A DNA stretch of 64,000 bases from an uncultured Halobacteriales archaeon (lineage in GTDB: Archaea > Thermoplasmatota > E2 > JACPAO01 > JAHFTW01), in NCBI GenBank assembly GCA_964643795.1, contig CAZXUC010000018.1, positions 2,238 to 66,237 on the forward strand, given 5' to 3'. Under the pieces are notes generated by a model. That model did not search any database. It saw nothing but the letters and a program-made list of their open reading frames with translations, and was not told the origin of the DNA. This document shows, piece by piece, positions 1 to 10,844 of the stretch (within the stretch, counting starts at the first letter, position 1; the number at the start of each line of letters is the position of its first letter). A program made the translations under genes and the position numbers.

Positions 1-579
1 GACCGGCAACACGGAGTCGAGCATAGGCTGGGTTGGGTCCTCGACGTTGACGACGTGGATGCAGACGGAGCAAGCGCCCAATCCGTCCGGCGCCTCGGCG
101 CCAGGCCGCTGTTGCACGTTGAGCACCGCGTGGCGTCCATCGGGGGTGACGCGGACTTCCTGGAATCCAGAGCCGGGGGCACGATAACTTCCCAGGGGCT
201 TGATGTTGAGTGGGTCAGTGATGTCGGCGATGTTGAACCCGCCGTCGTCGTCGCCGTCGATGGCCACGAATGCCAGCGTCTTGTCGCCCGCCTCGTGCAG
301 CACGAAGTTCGCGAACCCGTTCTCCCCAAGCGTCACTCCAAGACTGGACCAGGCGACGAAGTCGATGTTGAAGGACTGCGTGTGCAGGTTCGCGTCGTTG
401 TGGTCGTGGTCCATTTCGATGGGAGCACCAATCAAGATGTCGATGACGTCGTGCAGGATGTTTCCGTCAAGGTCGACTTGGACGTTCGTCACGTGGTCCT
501 TACGATTGTCGCCTGGGCCCGGAGACGAAAGGCAACCCGCGAGGACCAGTCCGGCCGCCAACACTAGAATCCGGCGCAC
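1..579 (-). CDS. Lipoprotein, LVIVD-repeat/beta-propeller-like (runs off window start)
   Basis: Manual translation from GTG 579: MRRILVLAAGLVLAGC (lipobox) ... AFVAIDGDDDGGFNIADITDPLNIKPLG; not in the ORF track because it is truncated. Confidence 0.7.
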   Translation of the reverse strand, partial: MRRILVLAAGLVLAGCLSSPGPGDNRKDHVTNVQVDLDGNILHDVIDILIGAPIEMDHDHNDANLHTQSFNIDFVAWSSLGVTLGENGFANFVLHEAGDKTLAFVAIDGDDDGGFNIADITDPLNIKPLGSYRAPGSGFQEVRVTPDGRHAVLNVQQRPGAEAPDGLGACSVCIHVVNVEDPTQPMLDSVLPV

Positions 580-703
580 GACGCACCAGGAGAGCACCCA
601 CTCATGACCCTTGTGCAAGGTCGGCCCACGCCACCCACCCCTCCGGCGCCACCCCGTATGGCGCCCTCATCAGGCTCATCAGGTGTCCAGGCTTCACCTC
701 AGC

Positions 704-1006
704 GTGACGGGTCAATCGCCCCATTGCGCCCAGTGCGCGTCATACGAGCACCGCGTCATGACCCGTAAGGCAGGCGAGGTGCTGCCGGCCGACTTGGTCC
801 CGTGCAAGGACTTCGAAATGTCGCAAACGTTCCAGGATTGGGCCGTGGATTCGATGCGCAAGGAAGTCCTCGGCCAAGTCTCTAAAGCAGGCCTAAACCG
901 CATGGCGATTGTGAAGGGCAAGGGGCCGGACGGCGAGGGTGGCGCGGCCGAGGCGGCCTCCACCAAACCGAGCCCGAATCAAGGCAATCAGCGGAAGAAC
1001 AAGTAG
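704..1006 (+). CDS. Small hypothetical protein with CxxC...C
   Basis: GTG 704, HCAQCASY...PCKDF; fills the intergenic gap and overlaps the convergent gene by 19 nt. Confidence 0.35.
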   Translation: MTGQSPHCAQCASYEHRVMTRKAGEVLPADLVPCKDFEMSQTFQDWAVDSMRKEVLGQVSKAGLNRMAIVKGKGPDGEGGAAEAASTKPSPNQGNQRKNK

Positions 1007-1881
1007 ACGAGCAGGAGTGCAACGCCCCACTTGATGGCGCGTCGCACCATGCGCCTACGGTGGGCAGTGCGGATGAGGTCGCTGTCCAAGCCGCCCGCCT
1101 CGGGCGTGGACAGGTCCGGCTCCACGCCTTGGCCGATGAGCACGGGACCGCCCGCCGTCGCGGCCGAGGCCGGCGATGCTGAGGATGCGGGCGATGTCGA
1201 CGATGACGACGAAGCCTGCGACGGGGCGGGCTCGGCCGATGGATCGTATCCTGCCGGCCGCAGCCACGCGAATTTCGCACTGCTTGACCCAGACGCCGCC
1301 GGATTCGGCCCCTCCTGCTGGCCGGGGCCCTTCCACAATTCGGATTGAGATGCGGCCTCGTTCCGCCGTTCCGGTTCGGGTGGCTCCTGCAGGTCAGCCA
1401 GCAATTCATCGACGTCGCGCGCCCGCTTCGGCCCTTCCGGCTTGGCGGCGCCGCCGCGACCAGAGGCGGGCCACGGATGAGCAGAAAGGTCGGCGCGCAT
1501 GGTGTCGCCGGCCGTCGGCGTGACGGAGGCAATGCCCGGCGGCCACTCGGGGCGGGGGCCTGCGCGGCCTTGGTCCTGCAGGCTGTCGGCGTCCAGGATT
1601 ACGACGCCCAGCCTCGTCGCGGTCAAGCGGTAGCCTTCAGCGAATTGGTCGCCCGCCAGGACCGGTGTTGCTCCGATGTCCTTCGCGATGCGTCGGGCAG
1701 AACCCATCTCGGGGCCGTCGAGTCCCGCCGCGTCGCCGAAGCTGACAAGGAGATTGCCCAGCGGGCCCTCGGCGAGCATGTCGAGGACGTACTCGTTGCC
1801 GGATGAGCCCGCGACGCGCAGGTTCTCGTGCACCGTGTACCCCTTGCCGCGATAGTGCGCGGCGACACGGTTGCGATCCAT
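988..1881 (-). CDS. Mrr/PD-(D/E)xK-like N-terminal domain, low-complexity linker and C-terminal TM anchor
   Basis: YRGKGYTV...GSSGNEYVLDMLA resembles the archaeal Mrr-like G.SG..h.hDhhA motif; S/P/A-rich linker; ends WGVALLLVYLFFR. Confidence 0.6.
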   Translation of the reverse strand: MDRNRVAAHYRGKGYTVHENLRVAGSSGNEYVLDMLAEGPLGNLLVSFGDAAGLDGPEMGSARRIAKDIGATPVLAGDQFAEGYRLTATRLGVVILDADSLQDQGRAGPRPEWPPGIASVTPTAGDTMRADLSAHPWPASGRGGAAKPEGPKRARDVDELLADLQEPPEPERRNEAASQSELWKGPGQQEGPNPAASGSSSAKFAWLRPAGYDPSAEPAPSQASSSSSTSPASSASPASAATAGGPVLIGQGVEPDLSTPEAGGLDSDLIRTAHRRRMVRRAIKWGVALLLVYLFFR

Positions 1882-2051
1882 GGCCGCCCCACGAGGGTGC
1901 CAGGATAAATCGGTGGTGGATTGATTGTGGTGGATTGGTTGCCGGTCGCCTCCGCCGGCGGCGCCCGGCCCGGAGGTCGTGGACGACCAAAGCAACTTGT
2001 GAAAACGAAGCGGCCACAAGCGCTAAGGAGTCCCCGCGCAACTGCGGCCGC

Positions 2052-2609
2052 ATGCAACGCTTTTGGTTGTTCACGGCGGCCGTCCTCATTCCGCTTTCCG
2101 GCTGCGCCGACGACTCAGGCAGTCAGGCCGACCCGCCCGCCGATCAAGGGCCGGCTGTGATGATTCCGCTCCAGTTTGAATTCGCGGATACCGGGTTGGT
2201 GGTCGGATCAGGCCCAACGGCCACGGATGTGACTCCGCATGGGTGCACCACGTTGGATGAGGAGGGGCTCGACGTCGTCCACCACCCGTGGGAAATCCCT
2301 GGTGACGTCAATGGCACGAAGGTTTCCGTCTACAACATCACTGCCCACCTGCACATCGTGGACGAGAGCCTCCTCGATGCCGATATCTACCTGGAAGGAC
2401 CGGACGGAGATGTCCTCGGCTCGTCGGTCTTTTTCAACGTTCAAACCGGACCGGACGAATCCGTGAGCGTGGACGGCACCCTAGAGCCGGGCACGTACAA
2501 CATCGTCATCCGGGGCTGCGCAGGCCGCGGCAGCTACGAAGTCTCGGGCGAAGCCAAGATCCGCTTGCCTCCCGTCCCGACCCCCGCCATCAACGCGACG
2601 GCAGCCTAG
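2052..2609 (+). CDS. Lipoprotein with PPC (pre-peptidase C-terminal)-like beta-sandwich
   Basis: LSGC lipobox; DADIYLEGPDG...ESVSV...PGTYNIVI...Y pattern. Confidence 0.7.
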   Translation: MQRFWLFTAAVLIPLSGCADDSGSQADPPADQGPAVMIPLQFEFADTGLVVGSGPTATDVTPHGCTTLDEEGLDVVHHPWEIPGDVNGTKVSVYNITAHLHIVDESLLDADIYLEGPDGDVLGSSVFFNVQTGPDESVSVDGTLEPGTYNIVIRGCAGRGSYEVSGEAKIRLPPVPTPAINATAA

Positions 2610-2676
2610 GCACCAACCCTTTCGCGCAATGGTTTCCCGCCCCCAACCTTCTTAGGACTCCCTCCGGTCGCCCGCT

Positions 2677-5598
2677 GTGCCGGAGTGGGACCTCGAAGCC
2701 ATCACTGCGAAATGGCAGGAGCGCTGGTGGCGGGAAGGCATCCATCACGCGGAGCGGCCGGTGGACGGCAAGACCTGGGATGGAACCGGCGCCAAGCCGA
2801 CCTACTTCATTCACTTCGCTTACCCCGGCATCTCCGGTTTCCTGCACGTCGGCCACATGCGGGGCTTCACCTACTCCGACGTGTTCGCGCGCTACAAGCG
2901 CATGACGGGACACCGCGTCCTCTTCCCCGCAGGCTTCCACGCCTCGGGGATTCCTGCCGTGGCGTTTGCCGCCGAAGTCAAGCGCGGGGAGAAGACCGAG
3001 TACCTGCGCGCGAACGGCTACGACGGCCCCATCGACGCCTTGACTGACCCGAAGGCGGTCGTTGCGCACTTCGCGCACGTCTATACGAACGACTACTGGA
3101 AGAAATTCGGCTTCCTCATCGACGAGCGCCGGAACTGCACGACGATCGATCCCGCATACCAACGCTTCATCCAGTGGCAGTTCCGCGCCCTCAAGGCGAA
3201 GGGATTCCTCATCGAGAAGCCCCACTACGCGCCCTTCTGCCCGGTGGCGGGGCCGGTGGCTGTTGACAAATCGGAGACCGACATCAAGCAGGGCGGCTCC
3301 GCGGAAGTGCTCGAGTTTCTGGCGCTCAAGTTCACGTTGCCCGCGGGGACCGTGTTCGACGAACCCGTCATCCTGCCGTGCGCGACGCTGCGGCCCGAGA
3401 CCGTCTTCGGCGCCACGAACATTTGGGTCCGTGCCGACCAGGAGTATTTCCTCGTCCGCGTTTGGGAGGACGGCCATGTCTCCGACAAGGACCCAAGCGA
3501 GGTCTGGTGCGTCAGTGCGCAAGGGTGCCGCAAGCTCGAGTGGCAATTCGAACGCGCCGAACCGCTGCACAAGAAAGTCCTAGGCAAGGAATTGCTGGAC
3601 GAGCTCGCGGTCGCCCCCATGACGGGCAAGCCGACGCGCGTCGTCTCTGGACATTTCGTCGACCCCCTAATCGCGACGGGGCTCGTGATGTCGGTCCCGG
3701 GGCACGCGCCTTTCGATTATGCGGCGTACAAGGATGCGGGCCTGCTCGAAACTATAGGGGAGCCGCCCAAGATCATTGACGTCGAAGGTGTCGTCGGGCT
3801 ACCAGCCCGGCTGGCCTGCCAACGACACAAGGTGACGGACCAAGGCGACCGCGCCCAGTTGGAGGCCGCTACGGAGGAAGTCTACACCGAGGAGTTCAAC
3901 AAAGGCGTCCTCAACGCGCAGTGCGGCACGTATGCGGGGCAGAAGGTGAAGGTGGTCAAAGACAAGATCAAGACGGACCTAATTGCCTCCGGTCATGCTC
4001 GCGTGCTGCGCCAATTCTCCGAACCCGTCGTAAGCCGCGCCGGGGAAATGGTGGACATCAAGCGCATCCCGGACCAGGACTTCATCCACTATGCCGACAA
4101 GCCGTGGACGGAGAAGGCCAAGGCGCACGCTGCGACGATGCAGATTTTCCCGCAGCGCTACGCGGAAGAAATGCCGAACGTCCTCGACTGGTTCGGCGAC
4201 CGCGCTTGTGTTCGCCGCGGCGCTTGGCTCGGGACGGAGTTCCCGTTCAAGCCCGGGTGGATCATCGAGCCGATCGCGGACTCGACGTTCTATCCGTGGT
4301 TCTACATCGTGAGCCGCTACGTCAAGTCCGAATGGAACCCGACGCCGGCCCACGGCGGACTCCAGGTAGAGGCCCTTACCGACGCATTCTTCGATTACGC
4401 GTTCAACGGAATCGGAAAAGCAGCCAAACCCATCTGGGATGAAGTACGAAAGGACGTCCTCTACTGGGGCCCGGTTGATCTCAACCTCGGCGGCAAGGAG
4501 CACCAGACCGTCCACTTCCCCGTCTACGTCATGATGATGGTGGCCCTCATGGAGGACCGCAAGCTGTGGCCGCGCGGTATCTTCGTCAATTGGTGGGTCA
4601 CGCAGAAGGCCGGGGCTAAGATCAGCAAATCGAAGGGCGGCGCAGAACCCATCCCAGGAGCAGCCAAACGCTACGGCGTCGACGCCATGCGCCTCTACTA
4701 TTGCCACGTCGGTTCGCCGCACGTCGACATCGAATGGGACCCAGACATTGTCCTCGATTATCGCAAGCACGTCGAGCGAATCGTCCGCGCAGCGGAGGAT
4801 GCGCTCAAGGCCGATGGCGGGGCCAGCGCCATGGACGCGTGGCTGTCGGCCGCCTTCGCGAGCGGGATGACGGCCGCCCGCGCCGCGTACGAGGAGTACG
4901 ACCTGCGCCGGGCCGCAACCGAACTCGTCTACGCCGTTCCCGAGTTGCTGCGCTGGTACCATCGCCGCGGCGGTGCCAACGGGGCGCTCCTGCGGGCCCT
5001 GGTGCAGGACTGGTCGAAGGCAATGACGCCCATGGTCCCGCACGTCGCGGAGGAAATGCATGAACGATCCGGCGCCAATACTCTCGCATCTATCGCGGCG
5101 TTCCCGTCCCCGGCTCCGGCGGATGGCATCGCACTGGCTCGCGAGGAATACCTACGCGCCGTTCTGGAGGACATCGCCACCGTGCACAAACTGTCGGGCG
5201 TCGACAAGGTCGCGTCGCTCGCGCTCTATACGACGCCATCCTGGAAACGGGGACTCGCCGCGAAGGCAGTCGCGATGGCGCAGGCCGCCGGGAAATTCCC
5301 GATGGGGCAATTCATGCAGGAAGTCATGGCCGATTCCGTCATGCGAACGCTAGGAAAATCCGTGCAAACGTACACCGGAAAACTTCCGGCGCAAGTAACG
5401 CAATTCACCGCGGCGCAACGCGCACTGCTTGCGGCCGGCGTCGACGAAGCCGACGTCTTGCGTGCCGCGGCCCCGTTCCTAGCATCCGAATTGGGCGTGG
5501 GCGAGGTCAAGGTCTGGTCGGGCGACGACGCGACGGCGCCGGACCACCCGAAGAAGGCCGTCGCGGCTCCACTCAAACCCGGCATCGCGCTAGCCTAG
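2677..5598 (+). CDS. leuS: Leucine--tRNA ligase, archaeal type
   Basis: HVGH (HIGH), KISKS (KMSKS), CP1 ATLRPET and GLVMSVPGHAPFD, C-terminal A.PLKPGI. Confidence 0.97.
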   Translation: MPEWDLEAITAKWQERWWREGIHHAERPVDGKTWDGTGAKPTYFIHFAYPGISGFLHVGHMRGFTYSDVFARYKRMTGHRVLFPAGFHASGIPAVAFAAEVKRGEKTEYLRANGYDGPIDALTDPKAVVAHFAHVYTNDYWKKFGFLIDERRNCTTIDPAYQRFIQWQFRALKAKGFLIEKPHYAPFCPVAGPVAVDKSETDIKQGGSAEVLEFLALKFTLPAGTVFDEPVILPCATLRPETVFGATNIWVRADQEYFLVRVWEDGHVSDKDPSEVWCVSAQGCRKLEWQFERAEPLHKKVLGKELLDELAVAPMTGKPTRVVSGHFVDPLIATGLVMSVPGHAPFDYAAYKDAGLLETIGEPPKIIDVEGVVGLPARLACQRHKVTDQGDRAQLEAATEEVYTEEFNKGVLNAQCGTYAGQKVKVVKDKIKTDLIASGHARVLRQFSEPVVSRAGEMVDIKRIPDQDFIHYADKPWTEKAKAHAATMQIFPQRYAEEMPNVLDWFGDRACVRRGAWLGTEFPFKPGWIIEPIADSTFYPWFYIVSRYVKSEWNPTPAHGGLQVEALTDAFFDYAFNGIGKAAKPIWDEVRKDVLYWGPVDLNLGGKEHQTVHFPVYVMMMVALMEDRKLWPRGIFVNWWVTQKAGAKISKSKGGAEPIPGAAKRYGVDAMRLYYCHVGSPHVDIEWDPDIVLDYRKHVERIVRAAEDALKADGGASAMDAWLSAAFASGMTAARAAYEEYDLRRAATELVYAVPELLRWYHRRGGANGALLRALVQDWSKAMTPMVPHVAEEMHERSGANTLASIAAFPSPAPADGIALAREEYLRAVLEDIATVHKLSGVDKVASLALYTTPSWKRGLAAKAVAMAQAAGKFPMGQFMQEVMADSVMRTLGKSVQTYTGKLPAQVTQFTAAQRALLAAGVDEADVLRAAAPFLASELGVGEVKVWSGDDATAPDHPKKAVAAPLKPGIALA

Positions 5599-5821
5599 AT
5601 CGAGCACGCCTAGGCCGCGTGCGCTCCTGCGTGGACACAAGCAAGGTCCCCCTTAGACTGGAAGCCGGTGGGGTGGCCGAAGGGGCGGATTTCTCTTGCA
5701 GAACACAACCTCATCGCTCATATACTACGACGTTGCTGAAGCGTACCAATGGAGTTGACCATGGGGCCGGGCTGCGATTCCGACACGCACGATTACATCT
5801 ATTGGTGATTCCACAAGAAAC

Positions 5822-6118
5822 TCAGGTTCGAGTGGAGTCTTGTGGGGGCTGTGCCGTGCCTTCTTTGGGCGGTCCTTCTGGGGCCGGGGGCGCAGCTTCC
5901 AGGCCCTTCTTGCCGAGCATCTTGGAGTAGAATGCGTTAGGAAAACCGTGCAGCATGGCATTGAACTGCGCCACTCGAACCGGATCCCCGCCGCGCGCCG
6001 CGCGCTCGCCGGATTCAAAGCGGAAATAGAAGACGACAAACGCCACGATGTATAGTGTTCCGAGGACGTACAGGCACCAGGTCCACAGGGTCCACGCGGT
6101 CGGGTCCAGTTCCAGCAC
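5822..6118 (-). CDS. Small membrane protein with a LemA-like C-terminal motif
   Basis: N-terminal TM; FNAMLHGFPNAFYSKMLG resembles LemA YN..h..FP..h.A..hG; TATA-like cttatag upstream. Confidence 0.5.
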   Translation of the reverse strand: MLELDPTAWTLWTWCLYVLGTLYIVAFVVFYFRFESGERAARGGDPVRVAQFNAMLHGFPNAFYSKMLGKKGLEAAPPAPEGPPKEGTAQPPQDSTRT

Positions 6119-6192
6119 GTCCCTCCCCAGCGCCGGCCCACCTTATAGGGGCTGGGCCAACCCAGACGCGTGCCCGGCAATCAGCACGATGA

Positions 6193-7563
<1,371 letters not shown>

Positions 7564-7983
7564 CGAACGAAAGCACCGGAGCGCATCCCACCGGGCGCGC
7601 TCCCACATGGAACCGGGACCGGTTTCCGGTCCGTCTCGAGGTCGAAAACAGGGGGAGATTCGAACCCATACCTGGGGGGATTCGACCCCACCCACGAGCT
7701 GGAATTGCGGCGATGCAGTTCCAGGTTCTGCCGCCATGTCAGCGCGACGACATGCTCGCGGACTGCATCGACGCGAACCTCAAGGCAGGTCGCGCCGGCT
7801 CCTACGTCGTGTTGTACAAGAAGACAGCCGCGTCGGGGCTCGACTGGAAAGGCCATCCGGGATATTTGGCGGCGGCACCTGCCTTTGTCGCTAGCAGGCC
7901 CGCACCAATCCCCTCGGAAAACCACGAAACGAATCAGGAGGCATCAGCTTCAAAGCGCCCAGACCAGTCTCCGCCAGGATTCG

Positions 7984-8400
7984 ATGGCCCATACCTGGGA
8001 TGCCCATGTGGCGGAATACGTCGACTCGCCCAGCATGGTGCACCGCATCAAGGTCGGCTCCATCGTGGCAGCACGCATCCACGGCACCTTGGGCACGTAC
8101 AGGGTCCAAGTCGACACCAAGCCGAAGAAAGGCGGTGACTGCACGTGTCCCTCGGAAATCCAGCCGTGCAAGCACGTTGAGGCCCTGCGCCAGACGTGGA
8201 AGAAGAAGCCCGGTTCGTTTGCGGACGTAGACGAGTTGCTCGCGTTGGCACTCAAGGGCCGGACGAGGGCAGATCTCGTCCAGATGAGGAGGAGCATGGC
8301 GTTGGCCAGCCCATCGTCGTTGTCGGCGCTGGGCGCAGTTGGATTCGACGAGGTGGCGCCATGGGACGAGGAGGACCCGGAGGGGTACTTCGAGGAATGA
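7984..8400 (+). CDS. SWIM zinc-finger protein
   Basis: CTCPSEIQPCKH = SWIM CxC-xn-CxH, preceded by GTYRVQV. Confidence 0.8.
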   Translation: MAHTWDAHVAEYVDSPSMVHRIKVGSIVAARIHGTLGTYRVQVDTKPKKGGDCTCPSEIQPCKHVEALRQTWKKKPGSFADVDELLALALKGRTRADLVQMRRSMALASPSSLSALGAVGFDEVAPWDEEDPEGYFEE

Positions 8401-8726
8401 CGCCCGCCACGAAGGCCATCAGTCCCAAGCGGCTTGCGGCGCTCATCGAGGAGGCCTGCGTCGATGCCTACAACGAGTCCGAGCAGGAGAGCGGATTCTT
8501 TTGCATGATGGAGGAACACCTTTTGGTTCCCTTCACGGCATTCGTCGTTGGAGAAGCGGTCGAGGTGACGGGGTTCGACCTGGCCGACCGCGGCATCAAG
8601 GCAATCGTGAAGCACAACAAGCAGAGCCCCCGCGTCCACCTGCTGGACCTCGATTTCGGTGACAAGCCGCCCAAGGGCATTGAGTGGGTCGAGGCCTACC
8701 GCCGCTGGGCTGACGGCGTGGGGTAG
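8397..8726 (+). CDS. CcbP-like (Calci_bind_CcbP) family protein
   Basis: IEEACVDAYNESEQ..GF...EEHL.VPF...V.G...EWVEAYRRW; ATGA overlap with the SWIM gene. Confidence 0.75.
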   Translation: MTPATKAISPKRLAALIEEACVDAYNESEQESGFFCMMEEHLLVPFTAFVVGEAVEVTGFDLADRGIKAIVKHNKQSPRVHLLDLDFGDKPPKGIEWVEAYRRWADGVG

Positions 8727-8935
8727 GAGCCTGGGCGCGCCGTGCGCCCGGACCGCCGGGTACCGGCCCCTATGGCACTATTTAAAGACGGCCCTGCCGG
8801 CTCCTGTAGAACGTGTTTGCAAAGACCTATTGCCAGCCGCGCCGCATTACCAACCAACACATTGCTTCGACCTAGGCTAACCTTGAAGTCAAGGCTTCCC
8901 TGCGAGAATCCTACCGAGGACGTGTGACAAACTCC

Positions 8936-9586
8936 ATGCCCATCGACGTTCCACCGCAGTTCCGGCCTTCCCTCGATGTGCTGGGCACTCTAGGGGAGGT
9001 GAAATGGAGGAAGTTCACCGGCGTATTGTCCAAAGCCAAGGCCGCGTACAGCCCAAGTGGAATGGTCGCCCCAATTGCAGATGCACTTGGAAGCACGAAA
9101 GAGGACGCCGGCAAACTTCTCACGCTCGTTTTGAACACGTATGGCGATGCAGAGCAGCTAGGTATGGCCCATGAGGCGGCGGCGCGCGAAGTGGCTGGCC
9201 TAGCCCCTAGCCATGCCAAGTGGAACGCGAAGGAGCGGAAACGCCTAGTCGACCGGCTACAGGATTTGTATGACGACAAGTATTCCTTGGGCGTCACGGC
9301 CAAGGCCTTGTCCGTTCTACTGGACGTTGACCGGAGCTATTGCTCGTCGCGCGTACTGACCGACGCCAGGCCAATTTTCAGAGGAGTCGAGGATCCCCGT
9401 CCCTCCGCGATGGCTGTGATACACACGTTGAGAATCACCGCCCATGTTGATGACAAGATGACGGATTTCTACGTCACGCTCACTCCGCGACAACTCGACG
9501 CATTGACAGCCGACGTACGCCGAGCTCGCACAAAGGAACGGAACCTCATGAAGGCAATCACGGAATTGCCTTGGTTGCAAGAGTGA
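8936..9586 (+). CDS. Hypothetical protein, predicted prokaryotic COMMD-like (helical N-domain + COMM-like C-domain)
   Basis: Helical N-half; C-half SSRVLTDARPIF / AMAVIHTLRITAH / DFYVTLTPRQLDALTADVRRA (three strands plus a long helix). Alternative GTG start at 8924. Confidence 0.6.
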   Translation: MPIDVPPQFRPSLDVLGTLGEVKWRKFTGVLSKAKAAYSPSGMVAPIADALGSTKEDAGKLLTLVLNTYGDAEQLGMAHEAAAREVAGLAPSHAKWNAKERKRLVDRLQDLYDDKYSLGVTAKALSVLLDVDRSYCSSRVLTDARPIFRGVEDPRPSAMAVIHTLRITAHVDDKMTDFYVTLTPRQLDALTADVRRARTKERNLMKAITELPWLQE

Positions 9587-9591
9587 TTGAC

Positions 9592-10218
9592 ATGCCTGTG
9601 GAAATTCACGTTGTGGAAAATGGCAAGGATTCCAAGTCAGCCAAAGAAACCAGACTTCGGCAATGGAACAAGGCGGAATGCTTCGCCTACCCAACCGAGT
9701 CGCATAGCGAGGTCGACCGCCGCGCCGCGAGCCACGCGATTGAAGACGCGCTCCTTCGTCGGTATTCTATCATTTTCTCCCGTCTGCAACCGAAGGAAAC
9801 GGAAACGCGAGATTGGTCGGCAGATTTTGCTCATCACGCGGTCGGCTGGACGCACGACGACATCGAGGGTTTCGTCTCTCCGTACAAGAGCATGCTGGAG
9901 TTGAAAGAGGGGTGGGACGGGGAACGGGCGCCGCGAATCGCACGGCGCACCTTCACCAAGGCCAAGGACCTCCTCTCGGTCCTGGTAAGCGCGTTGGACC
10001 AGCGGCACAAGACGCTCTGCGCACCTGAACTGCATGCCACGCGGCGAGGCGACATCGACATGATGTGGGCGAAAGAGGATTCCTTTCTGGTAATCACGGT
10101 CGCTGCCGAGGCGAGCGATCCATACTGGGTCCTCGGTAGCCGGAAGGGCGCGAAGGCCCATAACCAGCTCGACGTTTCGGATGTCGATCCCCTGATTCTG
10201 GAATACATCGGCCGCTAG
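9592..10218 (+). CDS. Hypothetical 'WDG' family protein
   Basis: LELKEGWDGERAPRI...T..KA..LL...PELHATRRGDIDMMW motif; starts 5 nt after the previous stop. Confidence 0.65.
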   Translation: MPVEIHVVENGKDSKSAKETRLRQWNKAECFAYPTESHSEVDRRAASHAIEDALLRRYSIIFSRLQPKETETRDWSADFAHHAVGWTHDDIEGFVSPYKSMLELKEGWDGERAPRIARRTFTKAKDLLSVLVSALDQRHKTLCAPELHATRRGDIDMMWAKEDSFLVITVAAEASDPYWVLGSRKGAKAHNQLDVSDVDPLILEYIGR

Positions 10219-10226
10219 GTTTCGGG

Positions 10227-10727
10227 ATGACCGCGCTTGATCTGCAGGACTGCTTGTTCCATCGGTACGTTGCACCAGCTAGCAAAAAAGATGCCCCGCG
10301 GACCAACTGGCCATGGCCTTCAATGAGCACTTTCAAGGTCGACCCTGATGGAGTGTCGTTCGACGACGGCAGAACATGGGATGCAAACCACGTTCGAGCC
10401 CACATTGGGACGCTGCCGCAGGTCAAGGATCCTTCCAAGGCGCGAGACGCGGACACCTATGGATTGACCGTGATTTCCCGCAAGAGACTGGCCCAACATT
10501 TCAAACGGGCCTACAAAATCAGGCGCAAGCCGACGAAGGCTGTAGGGAACATGCCAGCCAATCCTGCCCATACCCTGGTGGTGCCGCCGATTGGCTATCA
10601 CGAGACCCTTGTTCGCTCAGACCTTTGGACCGTTTCTCAGGGCTACGAACCGCCGCCCACGCTGAAGATTCCGGACTCGGCATGGGCGCGTTGGGAAGAC
10701 ATTGCCTTCAAGCGAGCAGCCAACTGA
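10227..10727 (+). CDS. Putative ADP-ribosyltransferase-fold (Tse2/RES-like) toxin
   Basis: LFHRYV (R), FKVDPDGVSF (S), NPAHTLV (H) triad; starts 8 nt after the previous stop. Confidence 0.55.
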   Translation: MTALDLQDCLFHRYVAPASKKDAPRTNWPWPSMSTFKVDPDGVSFDDGRTWDANHVRAHIGTLPQVKDPSKARDADTYGLTVISRKRLAQHFKRAYKIRRKPTKAVGNMPANPAHTLVVPPIGYHETLVRSDLWTVSQGYEPPPTLKIPDSAWARWEDIAFKRAAN

Positions 10728-10828
10728 GTTATCCTGAGTCCGTGGCTCGGTGGTCGCGGGGCGTAGGCTGAGCGACCTCGCCACACGAAAGTGAATCGAG
10801 GCTGGACCCACGACTTTAAGAAGCATCA

Positions 10829-10842
10829 TTACCCATGGGTAA
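10829..10842. promoter_or_regulatory. Perfect 14-bp palindrome, putative operator of the wHTH gene
   Basis: TTACCCATGGGTAA between TATA-like CTTTAAG (10814-10820) and ATG 10845. Confidence 0.55.
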
Positions 10843-10844
10843 CT

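Noticed and set aside
7651..7693. Intact tRNA gene
   Set aside because: Only T-arm-like fragments; no acceptor, D or anticodon arms can be folded.
7713..7900. Possible small ORF or remnant before the SWIM gene
   Set aside because: Coding-like but with no recognisable motif, and it runs into a shadow frame.
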